Source: an uncultured SAR86 cluster bacterium
GTDB taxonomy: Bacteria; Pseudomonadota; Gammaproteobacteria; Magnimaribacterales; AG-339-G14
DNA length: 64,000 nt
Assembly (NCBI GenBank): GCA_902589965.1
Contig: CACIUX010000004.1
Span: 14,877-78,876, forward strand
Direction: 5' to 3'
The notes below the pieces were generated by a model. It ran no database searches and had not been told where the DNA came from. It worked only from the letters and a program-made list of their open reading frames with translations. Positions 1 to 12,490 of the stretch are shown piece after piece. Positions within the stretch are counted from its first letter, which is position 1, and the number at the start of each line of letters is the position of its first letter. Position numbers and translations under genes: made by a program.

Positions 1-169
1 TGGAGTCATTGCAGGTGGTGCGATGCGAGCCGTCCTTGAGTTAGCTGGCATTAAAGATGTTTTAGCCAAAACATATGGTTCAACCAATCCTATTAATGTT
101 GTTAGAGCGACTGTGAAGGGATTAGCAAGCGTTGAATCACCGGAACAGGTTGCAGAAAGGAGATCTTAA
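1..169 (+). CDS. rpsE: 30S ribosomal protein S5, 3' part (truncated by window edge)
   Basis: Manual translation from nt 2: [37 protein letters not shown]...ERRS, TAA at 167-169; precedes rpmD. Confidence 0.95.
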   Translation, partial: GVIAGGAMRAVLELAGIKDVLAKTYGSTNPINVVRATVKGLASVESPEQVAERRS

Positions 170-178
170 GAGGAAAAA

Positions 179-361
179 ATGTCTGACGAAATGATTAGAG
201 TTAAATTAAAGAGGGGTTTAGCAGGCTCGATGAAAAATCAGAGACTCTCCGTAAGAGGATTGGGATTAAAAAAAATTAATCAAGTAGTTGAGGTTCAAAA
301 CACGCCTGAAAATCTAGGCATGATCAAGAAAGCTCATCATCTACTGGAGGTCTTAGATTAA
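179..361 (+). CDS. rpmD: 50S ribosomal protein L30
   Basis: GLGLKKINQVVEVQNTP motif; spc operon position. Confidence 0.95.
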   Translation: MSDEMIRVKLKRGLAGSMKNQRLSVRGLGLKKINQVVEVQNTPENLGMIKKAHHLLEVLD

Positions 362-799
362 ATGCTAAAACTTAATAACCTTCAAAGAACAAACAAAAAT
401 AAAGTCTCTAAGCGTATTGGTAGAGGAACAGGATCTGGCTCAGGAAAAACATCTGGAAGAGGTCATAAAGGTCAAAAGGCAAGATCTGGAGCTTCAATAA
501 GGCCTGGATTTGAGGGAGGTCAAATGCCTATCCAACAAAGACTTCCAAAGTTTGGATTCACTTCTAGACAAAAACCATACAGTACTCATATAAAACTCAG
601 AGATATAGAAAAGCTTGCTGAAGATCACATTACTTTAGAGGTTTTGAAGAAAAATAAAATCATTTCAAACAAGATAAAAAAAGTGAAGATCGTTAACGGT
701 GGCGAATTGACAAAAACGGTGAAAATTGAGGGTTTATCTGTTTCTAAATCTGTTGAGGAATTAATTAATAAACTAGGCGGAGAAATTATAAGTGGCTAG
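362..799 (+). CDS. rplO: 50S ribosomal protein L15
   Basis: RIGRGTGSGSGKTSGRGHKGQKARSG, GFEGGQMP. Confidence 0.98.
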   Translation: MLKLNNLQRTNKNKVSKRIGRGTGSGSGKTSGRGHKGQKARSGASIRPGFEGGQMPIQQRLPKFGFTSRQKPYSTHIKLRDIEKLAEDHITLEVLKKNKIISNKIKKVKIVNGGELTKTVKIEGLSVSKSVEELINKLGGEIISG

Positions 800-2099
800 A
801 AACCCAGCCAAATCATCTGGATTGTCTGAACTTTGGGCAAGGCTTAGATTTGTTCTTTACGCAATAATTATTTATAGGATTGGAACTCATATTCCTGTTC
901 CAGGCATTGATCCTATGAAACTTTCTTCTTTATTTGATCAAAATCAAGGAACTCTTCTAGGCTTATTCAATATGTTCTCTGGAGGTGCGCTAGAAAGGAT
1001 GAGCATCATGGCTTTAAATGTTGTTCCTTACATCACTGCTGCTATTGTGATGAATCTATTAGAGGCAACAACTCCAAGCCTTAAAAAAATGTTTAGACAG
1101 GAAGGAGAAGTTGGGAGAAGAAAAAGGACCAACTATGTTCGTCTAGGTACTTTAGGGCTTGCAATTATTCAATCGAGTGGTTTTGCGATAGCATTATCGA
1201 GCCAAGGGCTAGCTAGTACTCCTGGAAATATGTTCATTGTTACTGCAGTTATTTCTTTTGTTACTGGAACAATGTTTTTGGTATGGCTCGGGGAACAGGT
1301 CAATGAGAGAGGCATCGGAAATGGAATATCTCTTATCATTTTTGCCAGTATTGTTTCTGGATTGCCGAGAGCAATAGGCCAGTCATTTGAGGGAGCAAGA
1401 CAAGGAGAAATCAACTTAATTGTACTTTTATCTGTTGCTCTTCTTGCAATATTGGCTATTGCTTTTATTGTTTGGGTAGAAAGGGCGCAAAGAAGAGTTT
1501 CGGTTAATTATGCTAAGAGACAAATCGGCAACCAGATGGCTATGGGCCAAACTTCTCATGTTCCATTGAAAGTAAATATGTCAGGAGTAATTCCTGCAAT
1601 CTTTGCTTCATCGATAGTTCTTTTTCCAGCCTCAATAAGTACTTGGTTTGGACAATCTGAAGGTTTTGAGTGGTTGCAAGAAATATCATTGGCTTTAAGC
1701 CCTGGGCAACCCTTATATGTAATAGTTTTTGCAGTTTTGATAGCTTATTTTTGTTTCTTTTACACCGCTATTCAATTTCCGGCAAAAGATATTTCAGATA
1801 ATCTTAAAAGATCTGGAGGATTCTTGCCTGGAATAAGACCTGGCGATCAAACAGAAGGCTACATTGATAGTGTAATGTCTAGATTAACAGTGTGGGGATC
1901 AATATACATGATTGCAGTATGTCTACTTCCTCAATTCTTAATTGTTTCTGCAAATGTACCTTTTTATCTCGGGGGAACATCACTTTTAATTGCTGTGGTA
2001 GTAGTCATGGACTTCATGGCTCAGGTACAATCGCACCTTTTATCTAGTCAATATGAGTCTTTAATGAAAAAAGCTAATTTAAAAAACTATAGAAGGTAA
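792..2099 (+). CDS. secY: Preprotein translocase subunit SecY
   Basis: Multi-TM protein with [25 protein letters not shown]; GTG start. Confidence 0.98.
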   Translation: MARNPAKSSGLSELWARLRFVLYAIIIYRIGTHIPVPGIDPMKLSSLFDQNQGTLLGLFNMFSGGALERMSIMALNVVPYITAAIVMNLLEATTPSLKKMFRQEGEVGRRKRTNYVRLGTLGLAIIQSSGFAIALSSQGLASTPGNMFIVTAVISFVTGTMFLVWLGEQVNERGIGNGISLIIFASIVSGLPRAIGQSFEGARQGEINLIVLLSVALLAILAIAFIVWVERAQRRVSVNYAKRQIGNQMAMGQTSHVPLKVNMSGVIPAIFASSIVLFPASISTWFGQSEGFEWLQEISLALSPGQPLYVIVFAVLIAYFCFFYTAIQFPAKDISDNLKRSGGFLPGIRPGDQTEGYIDSVMSRLTVWGSIYMIAVCLLPQFLIVSANVPFYLGGTSLLIAVVVVMDFMAQVQSHLLSSQYESLMKKANLKNYRR

Positions 2100-2101
2100 T
2101 T

Positions 2102-2215
2102 ATGAAAGTAAGAGCTTCAGTAAAAAAAATGTGTAAGGACTGCAAGATAATCAAAAGACACGGCACCGTTTTTGTCATTTGTATTGAACCAAAACATAAA
2201 CAGAGGCAGGGGTAG
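2102..2215 (+). CDS. rpmJ: 50S ribosomal protein L36, zinc-ribbon type (absent from ORF track)
   Basis: Manual translation [37 protein letters not shown]. Confidence 0.97.
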   Translation: MKVRASVKKMCKDCKIIKRHGTVFVICIEPKHKQRQG

Positions 2216-2220
2216 TAAAT

Positions 2221-2577
2221 ATGGCTAGGGTAGCAGGTGTAAATATTCCAGATAAAAAACAAGCTTGGGTTTCTTTAACTCATATTTTTGGTATCGGCAG
2301 AACGAGAGCATTGACTATTTGTGATCAATTGGGCATTGAAAAAACTTCTTTGATCGGAAGTTTAAGCGAAGAAGATTTAGAAAAACTTAGAAAAGCTGTA
2401 AATGAATTTCTTGTAGAAGGAGATTTAAGAAGAGAAATAAGCACCAACATTAAAAGACTTATGGATTTAGGAACTTTGAGAGGAATGAGACATAGGAAAC
2501 ATTTACCTGTCAGAGGACAGAGAACAAAAACTAATGCTAGGACCAGAAAAGGGCCTAGAAAACCTATTAGAAGATAA
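2221..2577 (+). CDS. rpsM: 30S ribosomal protein S13
   Basis: [27 protein letters not shown]. Confidence 0.98.
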   Translation: MARVAGVNIPDKKQAWVSLTHIFGIGRTRALTICDQLGIEKTSLIGSLSEEDLEKLRKAVNEFLVEGDLRREISTNIKRLMDLGTLRGMRHRKHLPVRGQRTKTNARTRKGPRKPIRR

Positions 2578-2579
2578 AT

Positions 2580-2966
2580 ATGGCAAAACAAGGGACAAAA
2601 TCTAAAAAAAATAGCCGAACATACAATGATGCCGTTGCGCATATATACGCTACATTTAATAACACCATCATTAATATTACCGACAAACAGGGAAATACAT
2701 TAACTTGGGCAAGTGCTGGTGGATCAGGTTTTAAAGGATCAAGAAAAAGTACACCTTTTGCCGCTCAGGTAGCAGCTTCCAAAGCTGGAGATGCTGCTAA
2801 AAACTTTGGAATAAATAATTTGGAAATTGAAGTTTCCGGACCTGGAGCAGGTCGAGAATCTGCAGTCAGAGCTTTAAATGGTTGCGGTTTTAAGATTACA
2901 AAAATTTCGGATGTAACTCCTATTCCTCACAATGGGTGTCGTCCTCCAAAAAAGAGAAGGGTGTAA
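2580..2966 (+). CDS. rpsK: 30S ribosomal protein S11
   Basis: [29 protein letters not shown]. Confidence 0.98.
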   Translation: MAKQGTKSKKNSRTYNDAVAHIYATFNNTIINITDKQGNTLTWASAGGSGFKGSRKSTPFAAQVAASKAGDAAKNFGINNLEIEVSGPGAGRESAVRALNGCGFKITKISDVTPIPHNGCRPPKKRRV

Positions 2967-2967
2967 A

Positions 2968-3588
2968 GTGGCAAGATATAGAGGACCAAGAAATAAATTA
3001 TCACGCAGAGAAGGGACCGATCTGCTTTTAACAAGTGGGTATAGGTCATACGAATCCAAAATAAGATCTGAAAATCCTCCCGGACATCATGGGGCAAAAA
3101 GAATCAGAACTTCAGACTATGGTTTGCAATTGAGAGAAAAACAAAAAGTAAAAAGAATGTATGGAGTTCTAGAAAGACAATTTAGAAATTATTACAAGGC
3201 AGCAGCTAGTAGCAGAGGTGAGACAGGAACAAATCTCTTGCAATTTTTAGAGGCTAGATTAGATAACGTGGTCTATAGAATGGGATTTGCTGCTACTCGT
3301 GCCGAAGCGAGGCAATTAGTTAATCATAAGTCAGTTTTGGTTAATGGAAAAAAAGTAAACATTCCTTCTTATCAGGTAACAGAAGGAGACGAGATAAGTA
3401 TTTCTGAGAAATCAAGAAATCAAAAAAGAATTTCTCAATCTTTTGAGATTTTTAAAACAAGGGAGCCTTGTGAGTGGATTGAAGTTAACCACGATAACTT
3501 TTCAGGCATTTACAAAAATACTCCTGACAGAGATTCGCTTAGTAGTGAAATTAATGAAAGTTTTATTGTTGAGCTTTATTCAAGATAA
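2968..3588 (+). CDS. rpsD: 30S ribosomal protein S4
   Basis: Start moved to GTG at 2968 (ARYRGPR); [17 protein letters not shown]. Confidence 0.97.
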   Translation: MARYRGPRNKLSRREGTDLLLTSGYRSYESKIRSENPPGHHGAKRIRTSDYGLQLREKQKVKRMYGVLERQFRNYYKAAASSRGETGTNLLQFLEARLDNVVYRMGFAATRAEARQLVNHKSVLVNGKKVNIPSYQVTEGDEISISEKSRNQKRISQSFEIFKTREPCEWIEVNHDNFSGIYKNTPDRDSLSSEINESFIVELYSR

Positions 3589-3606
3589 TTTTAAAGAGGA
3601 TATTCT

Positions 3607-4599
3607 ATGACAGATAATTTCGATATGATCAAAGACTTCTTAACTCCCAAAGAAATTTTGGTAGAAGAAGTTGATTCAAACAATTCAAAAATAGTGTTAG
3701 AACCTCTTGAAAGAGGCTTTGGACATACCTTGGGAAATGCTCTTAGAAGGATAATTTTATCTTCAATCCCCGGCGCGGCGGTTTCTGAAGCAAAAATAAA
3801 TGGGGTTCTTCATGAGTTTGGCTCTATTGATGGAGTTAAAGAGGATGTCATTAATATTCTTTTAAATCTAAAAGGTCTTTCCGTAAGACTTTCAGATCAA
3901 GAGGAAGTCGAAATATCAGTGAATAAATCAGGATCAGGAGATATCAAAGGTAGTGATTTTGAACTTCCTGCTGGAGTTGAGATTGTCAATCCTGATCACG
4001 TAGTTGCTACTCTCGCTGACAAAGGCTCCCTTGAGATGACAGCAAAAGTTACAAAGGGTAGAGGTTATGTTCCTGTAGACATCATCGCTTTGGCCGAGAG
4101 CGAAGATACTGAGGTCGGCTCACTAAAGATTGATGCTTCATACAGTCCAATTAAAAAAGTTTCTTATTCAGTTGAAAATGCAAGGGTAGAAAATAGAACT
4201 GACCTAGACAAGCTTATTCTTGAGGTTGAAACCAATGGAACAATCGATCCTGAAGAGATTGTGAGGTTAGCAGCGACTATTTTACAAAGACAATTAATGG
4301 CTTTTGCCGAATTAGGTTTTGAAACCGAAGAACCAGAGGAAGATGAAACTCCTCCAGTTGATCCAATTATGTTGAGGCCTGTAGATGAACTCGAATTAAC
4401 AGTGAGATCAGCCAATTGCTTAAAAGTAGAGAAGATTCATTATATTGGTGACTTAGTAACCCGAAAGGAATCTGATCTTTTAAGAACTCCTAATCTAGGC
4501 AGAAAGTCACTTAATGAAATCAAAGAAGTTCTAGCAGCTAGAGGATTATCTTTAGGTTTAGAACTCGAGAATTGGCCCCCGTCAAATGTTGAAGGTTAA
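3607..4599 (+). CDS. rpoA: RNA polymerase alpha subunit
   Basis: [41 protein letters not shown]. Confidence 0.99.
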   Translation: MTDNFDMIKDFLTPKEILVEEVDSNNSKIVLEPLERGFGHTLGNALRRIILSSIPGAAVSEAKINGVLHEFGSIDGVKEDVINILLNLKGLSVRLSDQEEVEISVNKSGSGDIKGSDFELPAGVEIVNPDHVVATLADKGSLEMTAKVTKGRGYVPVDIIALAESEDTEVGSLKIDASYSPIKKVSYSVENARVENRTDLDKLILEVETNGTIDPEEIVRLAATILQRQLMAFAELGFETEEPEEDETPPVDPIMLRPVDELELTVRSANCLKVEKIHYIGDLVTRKESDLLRTPNLGRKSLNEIKEVLAARGLSLGLELENWPPSNVEG

Positions 4600-4602
4600 T
4601 AG

Positions 4603-4995
4603 ATGAGACACCAAAAAACAGGAAGAAAATTTGGTCGCACAAGCGATCAGAGAAAAGCTATGTTTAAAAACATGGTTATTTCTTTGATTGAGACTGAATC
4701 TATAAAAACCACTGTTCCAAAGGCAAAAGAACTTAGAGGTGTCTTTGAGCCATTAGTTACATTGGCTAAAGTAGATTCTGTTGCCAACAGAAGAAGAGCC
4801 TTTTCAAAACTGAGAAATGATTCTGCGGTTGGTAAACTTTTTTCAGACCTAGGACCTAGATTTAAAGATAGACCTGGCGGATATCTCAGAATTATTAAGA
4901 TGGGACCAAGACCCGGTGACGCAGCCCCAATGGCTTTTGTTGAGCTTACCGATAAGTCTGAGGATTCTTCTGAAGAGATATCTCAGGAAGATTAA
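4603..4995 (+). CDS. rplQ: 50S ribosomal protein L17
   Basis: [23 protein letters not shown]. Confidence 0.98.
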   Translation: MRHQKTGRKFGRTSDQRKAMFKNMVISLIETESIKTTVPKAKELRGVFEPLVTLAKVDSVANRRRAFSKLRNDSAVGKLFSDLGPRFKDRPGGYLRIIKMGPRPGDAAPMAFVELTDKSEDSSEEISQED

Positions 4996-7805
4996 TTCAA
5001 CATTTCCTTCAGAAATCGCCCAGTATGAGATTTTTTAATTTTTGAAATTTCTTCTGGAGTTCCTTCTCCAATAATTTCTCCGCCACCCGATCCGCCTTCT
5101 GGGCCAAGATCTATTATCCAATCAGAATTAACAATCACATCTAAGTTATGTTCGATAATGACAACAGTATTGCCTTGTTCATTCAATTTATTGATCACTT
5201 TTAATAGTAGGTTTACATCATGGAAATGAAGACCAGTTGTTGGTTCGTCTAATAGATAAAGAGTATCCCCGGTGGCTACCTTGCCAAGCTCTTTAGCAAG
5301 TTTTACTCTTTGGGCTTCTCCTCCAGATAACGTTGTAGCGGGCTGGCCAATTTTTATATAACTCAATCCCACATCATAAAGAGTTTGTAATTTTCTTTTG
5401 ATGGGTGGAATCGAATCAAAAAATTTTAAGGATTCTTCAACGTTCATATCAAGAACCTCAAAGATGTTTTTCCCCTTGAATTTCACCTCAAGCGTTTCTT
5501 TGTTATATCTTTTTCCATCACAAACATCACATTTAACATAGACGTCAGGCAGAAAATGCATTTCTACCTTAATTAAACCATCTCCTTGACAAGTTTCACA
5601 TCTGCCACCTTTAACATTGAAGCTGAACCTTCCTGGCTTATAGCCTCGAGCTCTTGCCTCTTCCGTTTCTGAAAACAGCTCTCTGATAGGCGTGAATATT
5701 CCTGTGTAAGTAACAGGATTTGATCTTGGAGTCCTTCCTATTGGGGACTGACTAATCTCAATAATTTTATCTAATTTTTTTTCACCTGAAATATTTTCAA
5801 ATTCTTGACAGTCATAGTTAGATTTATGAATCTTATTTGCCAAAGCAGGATATAAAGTTTGATTAATCAGAGTAGATTTTCCAGAACCCGAAACTCCAGT
5901 AATGCTGATAATTTTTCCCAAAGGTAAATTTAAATCAACATTCTTGAGATTGTTCCCATTACAACCCTTAATACAAAGAGAACCTTTTTCAGATTTCTCA
6001 AATTTATCAATCTTAATATCTTTTTTCCCGGATAAATATTGTCCGGTTAAGGAACTTTCTTTCTTAAGGATTTCTTTATAATTGCCTGCAAAACTGACAA
6101 ACCCTCCATGAATACCTGCCCCTGGACCGATATCAATAATATGATCAGCACATTCTATTGTCTCTTTATCATGCTCAACGACGATAACCGTATTTCCTAA
6201 ATCTTTTAATCTAAACAAAGTAGATAAAAGTCTCTTATTATCTCTTTGGTGTAGGCCAATTGATGGTTCATCAAGAATGTATGTAACTCCAACGAGCCCA
6301 GCACCTATTTGACTGGCAAGTCTTATTCTTTGTGCTTCGCCTCCACTCAAAGTTTCGGCGCTTCTTGATAATGTTAGATAATTAAGCCCGACATCAGATA
6401 AAAATTTTAATCTTTCTTTCAGCTCTTTTACTACCTTCTCTGCAATTGCTCCCTTTTTGCCCTTTAAATTCAAGTTATTAAAAAAATCAAGGCAATCATC
6501 AATGGTCATGTTTGTTATATCCCAAAGCTCTTTATCATCTATCTTCACAGATCTTGCCTCTTTATTTAATCTCGAGCCTTCACATGACATACAAACAGTA
6601 TTGGTCATATATTTGGATAAATACTCTCTAGAAAAAGCTGATTCACTCTCTCTAAATCTTCTATCAATATTATTAAGCACACCTTCGAAAGGTTTAAATG
6701 ATTCTCTGAGATTCCCTCTTTTAGAAACATAACTAAAATCTATAATTTCCCCTGAACTACCATTCAGTATTTTTTCTTTTATATTTTCAGATAAATCCTC
6801 GAAGGGTTCGTCCAAGGAAATGCCATAGTGTTTTGCTACCCTGTTGAGAAGATAGTGATGATACATCTGACTTGAATCCCATCCCTCAATTGCCCCTTGA
6901 TTCAAGCTTAATTCAGGTCTCACAATAACTTTTCTTCTATCAACTTGGGACTTCTGACCTAATCCATCGCAATCATCGCAAGCTCCAGAAGGGCTATTGA
7001 AAGAAAATAGTCTAGGTTCTAATGAAGCAATACTGAAACCACACTCGGTGCAGGCCATTTTTGTTGAAAATGTTATGTCTTTTTTAGATTCATCAAGGAA
7101 AGAGATAGTTACTATTCCATCTGACTCTCTCAACGCAGTTTCTATTGATTCAGATATTCTTGATTTATTTTTTTTCGAAATAGATAGCCTATCAATGACA
7201 ATATCAATATCATGTTTTTTATTTTTATTAAGTTGAGGGAGATTATCCAGATCAATGATTTCTCCATTAATTTTTGCCCTAATAAATCCTCTCACCTTAA
7301 GGTCGTTAAGTAGGATTAAGTGCTCACCTTTTTGTTGGCTTACTATAGGGCATAAGATAATAGCTCTCTCATTTTCCTCATCTTTAAAAAGTTTATCGAC
7401 TATCTGATCGATGCTTTGAGATTCAAGGGAGATTCCATGATCTGGACAAAAAGGCGTGCCGACCCTTGCATAAAGCAGCCTCAAATAGTCATATATTTCA
7501 GTAACAGTCCCAACTGTAGACCTTGGATTATGAGATGTGGATTTTTGCTCTATTGAAATAGCGGGGGACAAACCATTTATATGATCAACATCGGGCTTAT
7601 CCATAACTGACAAAAATTGTCTTGCATAAGAAGACAATGATTCAACATATCTTCTTTGACCTTCAGCATATAAAGTATCAAATGCTAAAGAAGACTTTCC
7701 TGATCCAGAAAGTCCTGTAATGACGGTAAGTTTATCTCGAGGAATTATTACATCGATGTTTTTAAGATTGTGCTGTTTAGCACCTTTGACTTCGATATTT
7801 TTCAT
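4992..7805 (-). CDS. uvrA: Excinuclease ABC subunit A
   Basis: Two Walker A motifs ([16 protein letters not shown]), LSGGEAQR twice, Zn fingers. Confidence 0.99.
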   Translation of the reverse strand: MKNIEVKGAKQHNLKNIDVIIPRDKLTVITGLSGSGKSSLAFDTLYAEGQRRYVESLSSYARQFLSVMDKPDVDHINGLSPAISIEQKSTSHNPRSTVGTVTEIYDYLRLLYARVGTPFCPDHGISLESQSIDQIVDKLFKDEENERAIILCPIVSQQKGEHLILLNDLKVRGFIRAKINGEIIDLDNLPQLNKNKKHDIDIVIDRLSISKKNKSRISESIETALRESDGIVTISFLDESKKDITFSTKMACTECGFSIASLEPRLFSFNSPSGACDDCDGLGQKSQVDRRKVIVRPELSLNQGAIEGWDSSQMYHHYLLNRVAKHYGISLDEPFEDLSENIKEKILNGSSGEIIDFSYVSKRGNLRESFKPFEGVLNNIDRRFRESESAFSREYLSKYMTNTVCMSCEGSRLNKEARSVKIDDKELWDITNMTIDDCLDFFNNLNLKGKKGAIAEKVVKELKERLKFLSDVGLNYLTLSRSAETLSGGEAQRIRLASQIGAGLVGVTYILDEPSIGLHQRDNKRLLSTLFRLKDLGNTVIVVEHDKETIECADHIIDIGPGAGIHGGFVSFAGNYKEILKKESSLTGQYLSGKKDIKIDKFEKSEKGSLCIKGCNGNNLKNVDLNLPLGKIISITGVSGSGKSTLINQTLYPALANKIHKSNYDCQEFENISGEKKLDKIIEISQSPIGRTPRSNPVTYTGIFTPIRELFSETEEARARGYKPGRFSFNVKGGRCETCQGDGLIKVEMHFLPDVYVKCDVCDGKRYNKETLEVKFKGKNIFEVLDMNVEESLKFFDSIPPIKRKLQTLYDVGLSYIKIGQPATTLSGGEAQRVKLAKELGKVATGDTLYLLDEPTTGLHFHDVNLLLKVINKLNEQGNTVVIIEHNLDVIVNSDWIIDLGPEGGSGGGEIIGEGTPEEISKIKKSHTGRFLKEMLN

Positions 7806-7866
7806 TTATTTATAAATAGTCTTTCAGATGGATTATAATGAATTTACATTAAAAATAAGGTGCATT

Positions 7867-8298
7867 ATGGCTCGAAGCGGAATAAATAAGGTTATATTAG
7901 TTGGTAATCTCGGGAAAGATCCTGACATGAGGTATACGGCGGGAGGAGATGCAGTTGCAAATTTGAGTATCGCTACATCTGAAAGCTGGAATGATAATCA
8001 AACTGGAGAAAAAAAGGAAAAAACTGAGTGGCATAGAGTTGTTTTTTTTAGAAGAATTGCAGAAGTTTGTGGGGAGTATTTAAAAAAAGGTTCTTCTGTC
8101 TATATTGAGGGATCATTAAGAACAAGAGATTGGGAAGACGATCAAGGAAATAAGAGATATACCACAGAGATTATTGGGAGAGAAATGCAAATGTTAGGAG
8201 GACGAAGATCTGAAGATAATATGGATCAGAGCCCTCAGATGAATAGCTCTAGTCCTCAACCTGAGGAGGGGCTCATAGACGATGAAATTCCTTTTTAG
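7867..8298 (+). CDS. ssb: Single-stranded DNA-binding protein
   Basis: Start moved to ATG 7867; [17 protein letters not shown]-terminal DDEIPF. Confidence 0.97.
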   Translation: MARSGINKVILVGNLGKDPDMRYTAGGDAVANLSIATSESWNDNQTGEKKEKTEWHRVVFFRRIAEVCGEYLKKGSSVYIEGSLRTRDWEDDQGNKRYTTEIIGREMQMLGGRRSEDNMDQSPQMNSSSPQPEEGLIDDEIPF

Positions 8299-9521
8299 GA
8301 TTTTAACTTTTCAAAAACTAAACTAACGTTAGTTCCCCCAAAGCCAAAGCTATTATTCATTACAGCATTCAAGTCCTGATCTCTGACTTCTGAAACTAAG
8401 TCTAAACCTTCACCTTCATCAATCGAGCTAGAAAGATTAAGGGTTTTTGATATAAAACTGTTTTTTAGCATTAATAGTGAAAAAATACTTTCTAAAGCCC
8501 CAGCGGCACCTAGGGTATGTCCAGTTTGAGATTTTGTTGAGCTTATGGGAGGAATTTTATCTATGAAAACCTTTTTTATAGATTCTAACTCGACAGGATC
8601 TCCAGCAGGTGTTGAAGTTCCGTGAGCATTAATATAATCAATATTATCTTTTCCATGCATTTCAACAGCCTTTAGCATGCAATTAGTTGCTCCTTCTCCG
8701 GATGGATGGACCATGTCATCTCCATCAGAAGTTGCTCCATATCCAGTAATTTCAGCATAAATATCAGCGTTTCTTTCTAGAGCATGATCTAATTCTTCAA
8801 CGACGAGCATGCCCGCTCCTCCGGCTATAACAAAACCATCTCTGTCTTTATCAAAAGGCCTTGATGCTTTCTCAGGACTCTCATTATATGAAGAAGACAG
8901 CGCTCCCATGGCATCAAACATACTAGACATTGTCCAATGCTCATCTTCAGCGCCACCAGCTAATATTATTTTTTGTTTTCCCAATTGAATTTGTTCCAGA
9001 GCTGATCCAATACAATGTGCGCTTGTTGAGCATGCAGAGGAAATAGAGAAATTCACCCCTTTGATGCCAAAAAAAGTTGCAAGAGCTGCTGACACGGTGT
9101 TTCCCATTGTTTGAGTAACTCTATAAGGTCCTATTCTTTTAACTCCTTTGCTCTTAACTATATCTGCTGCTTCAACCTGGCTTCTAGAAGATGCTCCACC
9201 GGAACCTGCAATGACCCCAACGTCTAGTGAAGAAAACCTTGATAGATCCAAGCCTGAGTCTTTTATAGCCTCTGCAGCACTTAAATAGGCATAGCTTGCT
9301 GCTTCTCCCATAAATCTCAAATGTTTTCTATCAATGAGATCCTTTAGATTTAAATTAATGGAGCCAGAAATATGACTTCGCATACCCAGTTCTTTGTATG
9401 ATTCATTGAAACGTATCCCTGATGTACCCGATTTAAGAGATTTCGTTATTTCAGAAATATTGTTACCTATGCAAGATATGGCACCAATTCCTGTTATTAC
9501 TGCTCTTTTTAAAGTACTCAT
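8295..9521 (-). CDS. fabB: Beta-ketoacyl-ACP synthase I
   Basis: [27 protein letters not shown]; TGATG-coupled to fabA. Confidence 0.95.
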   Translation of the reverse strand: MSTLKRAVITGIGAISCIGNNISEITKSLKSGTSGIRFNESYKELGMRSHISGSINLNLKDLIDRKHLRFMGEAASYAYLSAAEAIKDSGLDLSRFSSLDVGVIAGSGGASSRSQVEAADIVKSKGVKRIGPYRVTQTMGNTVSAALATFFGIKGVNFSISSACSTSAHCIGSALEQIQLGKQKIILAGGAEDEHWTMSSMFDAMGALSSSYNESPEKASRPFDKDRDGFVIAGGAGMLVVEELDHALERNADIYAEITGYGATSDGDDMVHPSGEGATNCMLKAVEMHGKDNIDYINAHGTSTPAGDPVELESIKKVFIDKIPPISSTKSQTGHTLGAAGALESIFSLLMLKNSFISKTLNLSSSIDEGEGLDLVSEVRDQDLNAVMNNSFGFGGTNVSLVFEKLKS

Positions 9522-10042
9522 CAAAAATTACCAGGGTTCTCAAAAAGCCCAACTTTTAAGTTCTTCGCTGAATAAATTTCCTTTCCATCAACATACATTA
9601 ATCCGTCCGCAACTCCAAGAACAGTTTTTGTTGATAGCATTCTTTTTACATGAATCTCATATTTAACCGTTTTAGCATGAGGAAGCACTTGACCATAAAA
9701 TTTTACCTGCCCGGCACCAAGAGCTCTTCCTATTCCATGATTCCCAGACCAAAGTAAATAAAACCCTAAAATTTGCCACATTGCGTCCAAACCTAAGCAT
9801 CCGGGCATAACTGGATCATCTTTAAAATGACAATCAAAAAACCAAAGGTTCTCATTGATATCAAGTTCTGCCTCTATTAGTCCATTTGAGTAATTACCCT
9901 GATCTTCTGATATTGAAGTAATTCTATCTAACATCAGCATATTGCTACTTGGAAGCTTTCCATCATTTTCATGAAATAGCTTTCCGTTCGAGCAAAGTTG
10001 AAGTTCTTCTTTCGTGAAAGAATTCTTTTCTGTAAATTTCAT
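9521..10042 (-). CDS. fabA: 3-hydroxydecanoyl-ACP dehydratase/isomerase
   Basis: [24 protein letters not shown]. Confidence 0.97.
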   Translation of the reverse strand: MKFTEKNSFTKEELQLCSNGKLFHENDGKLPSSNMLMLDRITSISEDQGNYSNGLIEAELDINENLWFFDCHFKDDPVMPGCLGLDAMWQILGFYLLWSGNHGIGRALGAGQVKFYGQVLPHAKTVKYEIHVKRMLSTKTVLGVADGLMYVDGKEIYSAKNLKVGLFENPGNF

Positions 10043-10138
10043 CAATCTCTCAAGTACAAATTATCATAGTTGATTTATTGAATCTATTGCGACAAAGAAC
10101 TTATTTAGATATCATTCGACCTCAATTTTGATATAAAA

Positions 10139-10450
10139 ATGTACGCGGTAATCAAAACAGGTGGTAAACAGCATAAAGTTGCTGAAGGCGAAATCCTTAA
10201 AGTTGAAAAACTTAAAGCTTCTGAAGGAGAACCTGTTGATATTACTGATGTGCTATTAATTGAGAAAGATGGCGAAGTTACTCTTGGCTCTCCTTTTATT
10301 GAAGGGGCGAAGGTAACTGCAAAAATCCTTCGACACGGAAAAGAAGATAAAGTAACTATTATCAAGATGAAAAGAAGGAAGGACTACAGGAAAAAGCAAG
10401 GTCATCGTCAAAATTATAGTGAAATTCAAATAGAGCAAATTTCGGTTTAA
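10139..10450 (+). CDS. rplU: 50S ribosomal protein L21
   Basis: [15 protein letters not shown]. Confidence 0.98.
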   Translation: MYAVIKTGGKQHKVAEGEILKVEKLKASEGEPVDITDVLLIEKDGEVTLGSPFIEGAKVTAKILRHGKEDKVTIIKMKRRKDYRKKQGHRQNYSEIQIEQISV

Positions 10451-10452
10451 GT

Positions 10453-10713
10453 ATGGCACATAAAAAAGCAGGTGGTAGCAGTAGAAACGGAAGAGATTCT
10501 GAATCTAAAAGACTGGGCGTTAAAAGGTACGGCGGCCAACTGGTATCTGCTGGCTCTATTCTAGTCAGGCAAAGGGGCACAAAGTTTCATCCTGGCACAA
10601 ATGTTGGAATTGGAAAAGATCATACACTTTTTGCAAAAATTGACGGCACTGTATCTTTCAGCAAAAAAGGTAGAAATCTTAGACAATTCATAAATATCAC
10701 TCCCGCAGATTAA
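10453..10713 (+). CDS. rpmA: 50S ribosomal protein L27
   Basis: [24 protein letters not shown]. Confidence 0.98.
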   Translation: MAHKKAGGSSRNGRDSESKRLGVKRYGGQLVSAGSILVRQRGTKFHPGTNVGIGKDHTLFAKIDGTVSFSKKGRNLRQFINITPAD

Positions 10714-10716
10714 ATA

Positions 10717-11727
10717 ATGAGCTTCATTGACGAAGCCGCTATTCAATTAATAGCTGGCTCTGGTGGAAACGGATGTTTGAGCTTCAGAAGAGAAAAATTT
10801 ATTCCTAAGGGTGGTCCCGATGGTGGCGACGGAGGGAAAGGCGGAAGCATTTTTCTTAAAGCTGACAGCTCTTTAACAACGCTGCAAGATTTTAGATTAC
10901 AAAAAAAATACCAAGCTAAAAATGGTTCTCCTGGCGAGGGTAAAAATAAACATGGCAAGGATGCCAGTGACATAATTTTAAAAGTTCCCGTTGGTACTGT
11001 TGTTTTTGAAGAATCAACTGAAGAAGAGATAGCAGACTTAAAAAAAGATGGCGATCTTTTTGAAGTTGTTTCTGGAGGAAAGGGTGGATTAGGGAATGCA
11101 AGGTTCAAGTCATCTACCAATAGAGCTCCCAGAAAAACTACAGATGGAGAAAAGGGAGAAGAGCTATCGCTTCAGTTAGAACTAAGATTAATAGCTGATG
11201 TTGGTCTCTTAGGATTTCCAAATGCAGGAAAATCTACCTTAATTTCGAGTATATCTGAGGCAAAACCCAAAATAGCCGACTATCCTTTTACTACTCTAAC
11301 TCCTAATCTTGGAGTGGTTGAGGCTAAATCTCTCAATCCATATGTAATTGCAGATATTCCAGGATTAATTCCGGGAGCTGCCAAGGGAGCAGGGCTTGGG
11401 ATAAGATTTTTAAAACATTTATCTCGAGTAAAGTTATTGCTTCATCTAATTGATGTATCAGAAATCAAACCTGAAGATGTAAAGGAAAAAAAGAATTCTT
11501 TAGATAAAGAGCTAAAAGAATTTGACGAATCTTTATCTAAACTAGAGCAATGGATTGTACTAACTAAAGCAGACACAAAAACAGAATCGAAGGATGATTA
11601 TTTATCTAAGGCAAAAAAGATTTACAGCAATGAGGTTTTTTTAATATCTTCTGTAACTGGGGAAGGATTAAGCGAACTAGTCAAAAAGGTCAGTACAAAA
11701 ATCATAGAGATTAATAGTAATGAGTAA
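10717..11727 (+). CDS. obgE: GTPase ObgE/CgtA
   Basis: Gly-rich Obg domain, GFPNAGKST, DYPFTT, DIPG. Confidence 0.98.
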   Translation: MSFIDEAAIQLIAGSGGNGCLSFRREKFIPKGGPDGGDGGKGGSIFLKADSSLTTLQDFRLQKKYQAKNGSPGEGKNKHGKDASDIILKVPVGTVVFEESTEEEIADLKKDGDLFEVVSGGKGGLGNARFKSSTNRAPRKTTDGEKGEELSLQLELRLIADVGLLGFPNAGKSTLISSISEAKPKIADYPFTTLTPNLGVVEAKSLNPYVIADIPGLIPGAAKGAGLGIRFLKHLSRVKLLLHLIDVSEIKPEDVKEKKNSLDKELKEFDESLSKLEQWIVLTKADTKTESKDDYLSKAKKIYSNEVFLISSVTGEGLSELVKKVSTKIIEINSNE

Positions 11728-12490
11728 TTCAATAGTAGTAATGAAAGTAGGGTCCTCCTTAATTTCACAAGGAAGTCGAGAAAATTCAGCTTTTTTTAAA
11801 AGACTTGCTAAGTGCATTCAGAAATTTAGAGAAAATGACTTTGATGTAGTTTTAGTTTCATCTGGCGCAATTTCCTATGGAATGAAGAAAAGAGGCATAG
11901 AAAAAAAACCAAAGAATATCAAACAACTTCAATCATTATCAGCTGTTGGCCAAATAGGGCTTATTAATGCTTACCAGAAAAATTTTGATAAATTTAAAAT
12001 AGAGGTTGCTCAAGTTCTCCTCAGTCACAGTGACTTTAAATCTGAAACAAAATCTAACAATATTAAATCGAGCATCAATAATCTCCTCAGATGGGGTATA
12101 ACGCCAATAGTCAATGAAAATGATTCTGTATCAACAGAAGAAATTGAGAGAGGAGATAATGATCAATTAAGTGCAAAACTAGCGAATCTTATTAGTTCTA
12201 AAAAACTTATACTTTATACAGATCAAAAGGGTTTATATTCAAAAGATCCAAGAACAAATAAGGACGCAGTTCTTATTGACGAAGTCAGCCTTAAAGCTCT
12301 TTCAAATCAAAAAATTATTTTTGGAGATTCTGGTAAGTTAGGAAGGGGAGGCATGAAAACTAAATTGTCAGCTATGAAAATTTTCTTAATTAATAATCAA
12401 AGGATTGGCTATATCCTAAGCGGCCATGAAAAAGATCTATTTGGTTCATTGCAGAACCAAAAAAAGAGAACTAGATTGAAATTAAGCTGA
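11720..12490 (+). CDS. proB: Glutamate 5-kinase, no PUA domain
   Basis: KVGSS, VSSGA, PIVNENDSV, GDNDQLSA, GRGGMKTK; follows obgE. Confidence 0.92.
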   Translation: MSNSIVVMKVGSSLISQGSRENSAFFKRLAKCIQKFRENDFDVVLVSSGAISYGMKKRGIEKKPKNIKQLQSLSAVGQIGLINAYQKNFDKFKIEVAQVLLSHSDFKSETKSNNIKSSINNLLRWGITPIVNENDSVSTEEIERGDNDQLSAKLANLISSKKLILYTDQKGLYSKDPRTNKDAVLIDEVSLKALSNQKIIFGDSGKLGRGGMKTKLSAMKIFLINNQRIGYILSGHEKDLFGSLQNQKKRTRLKLS

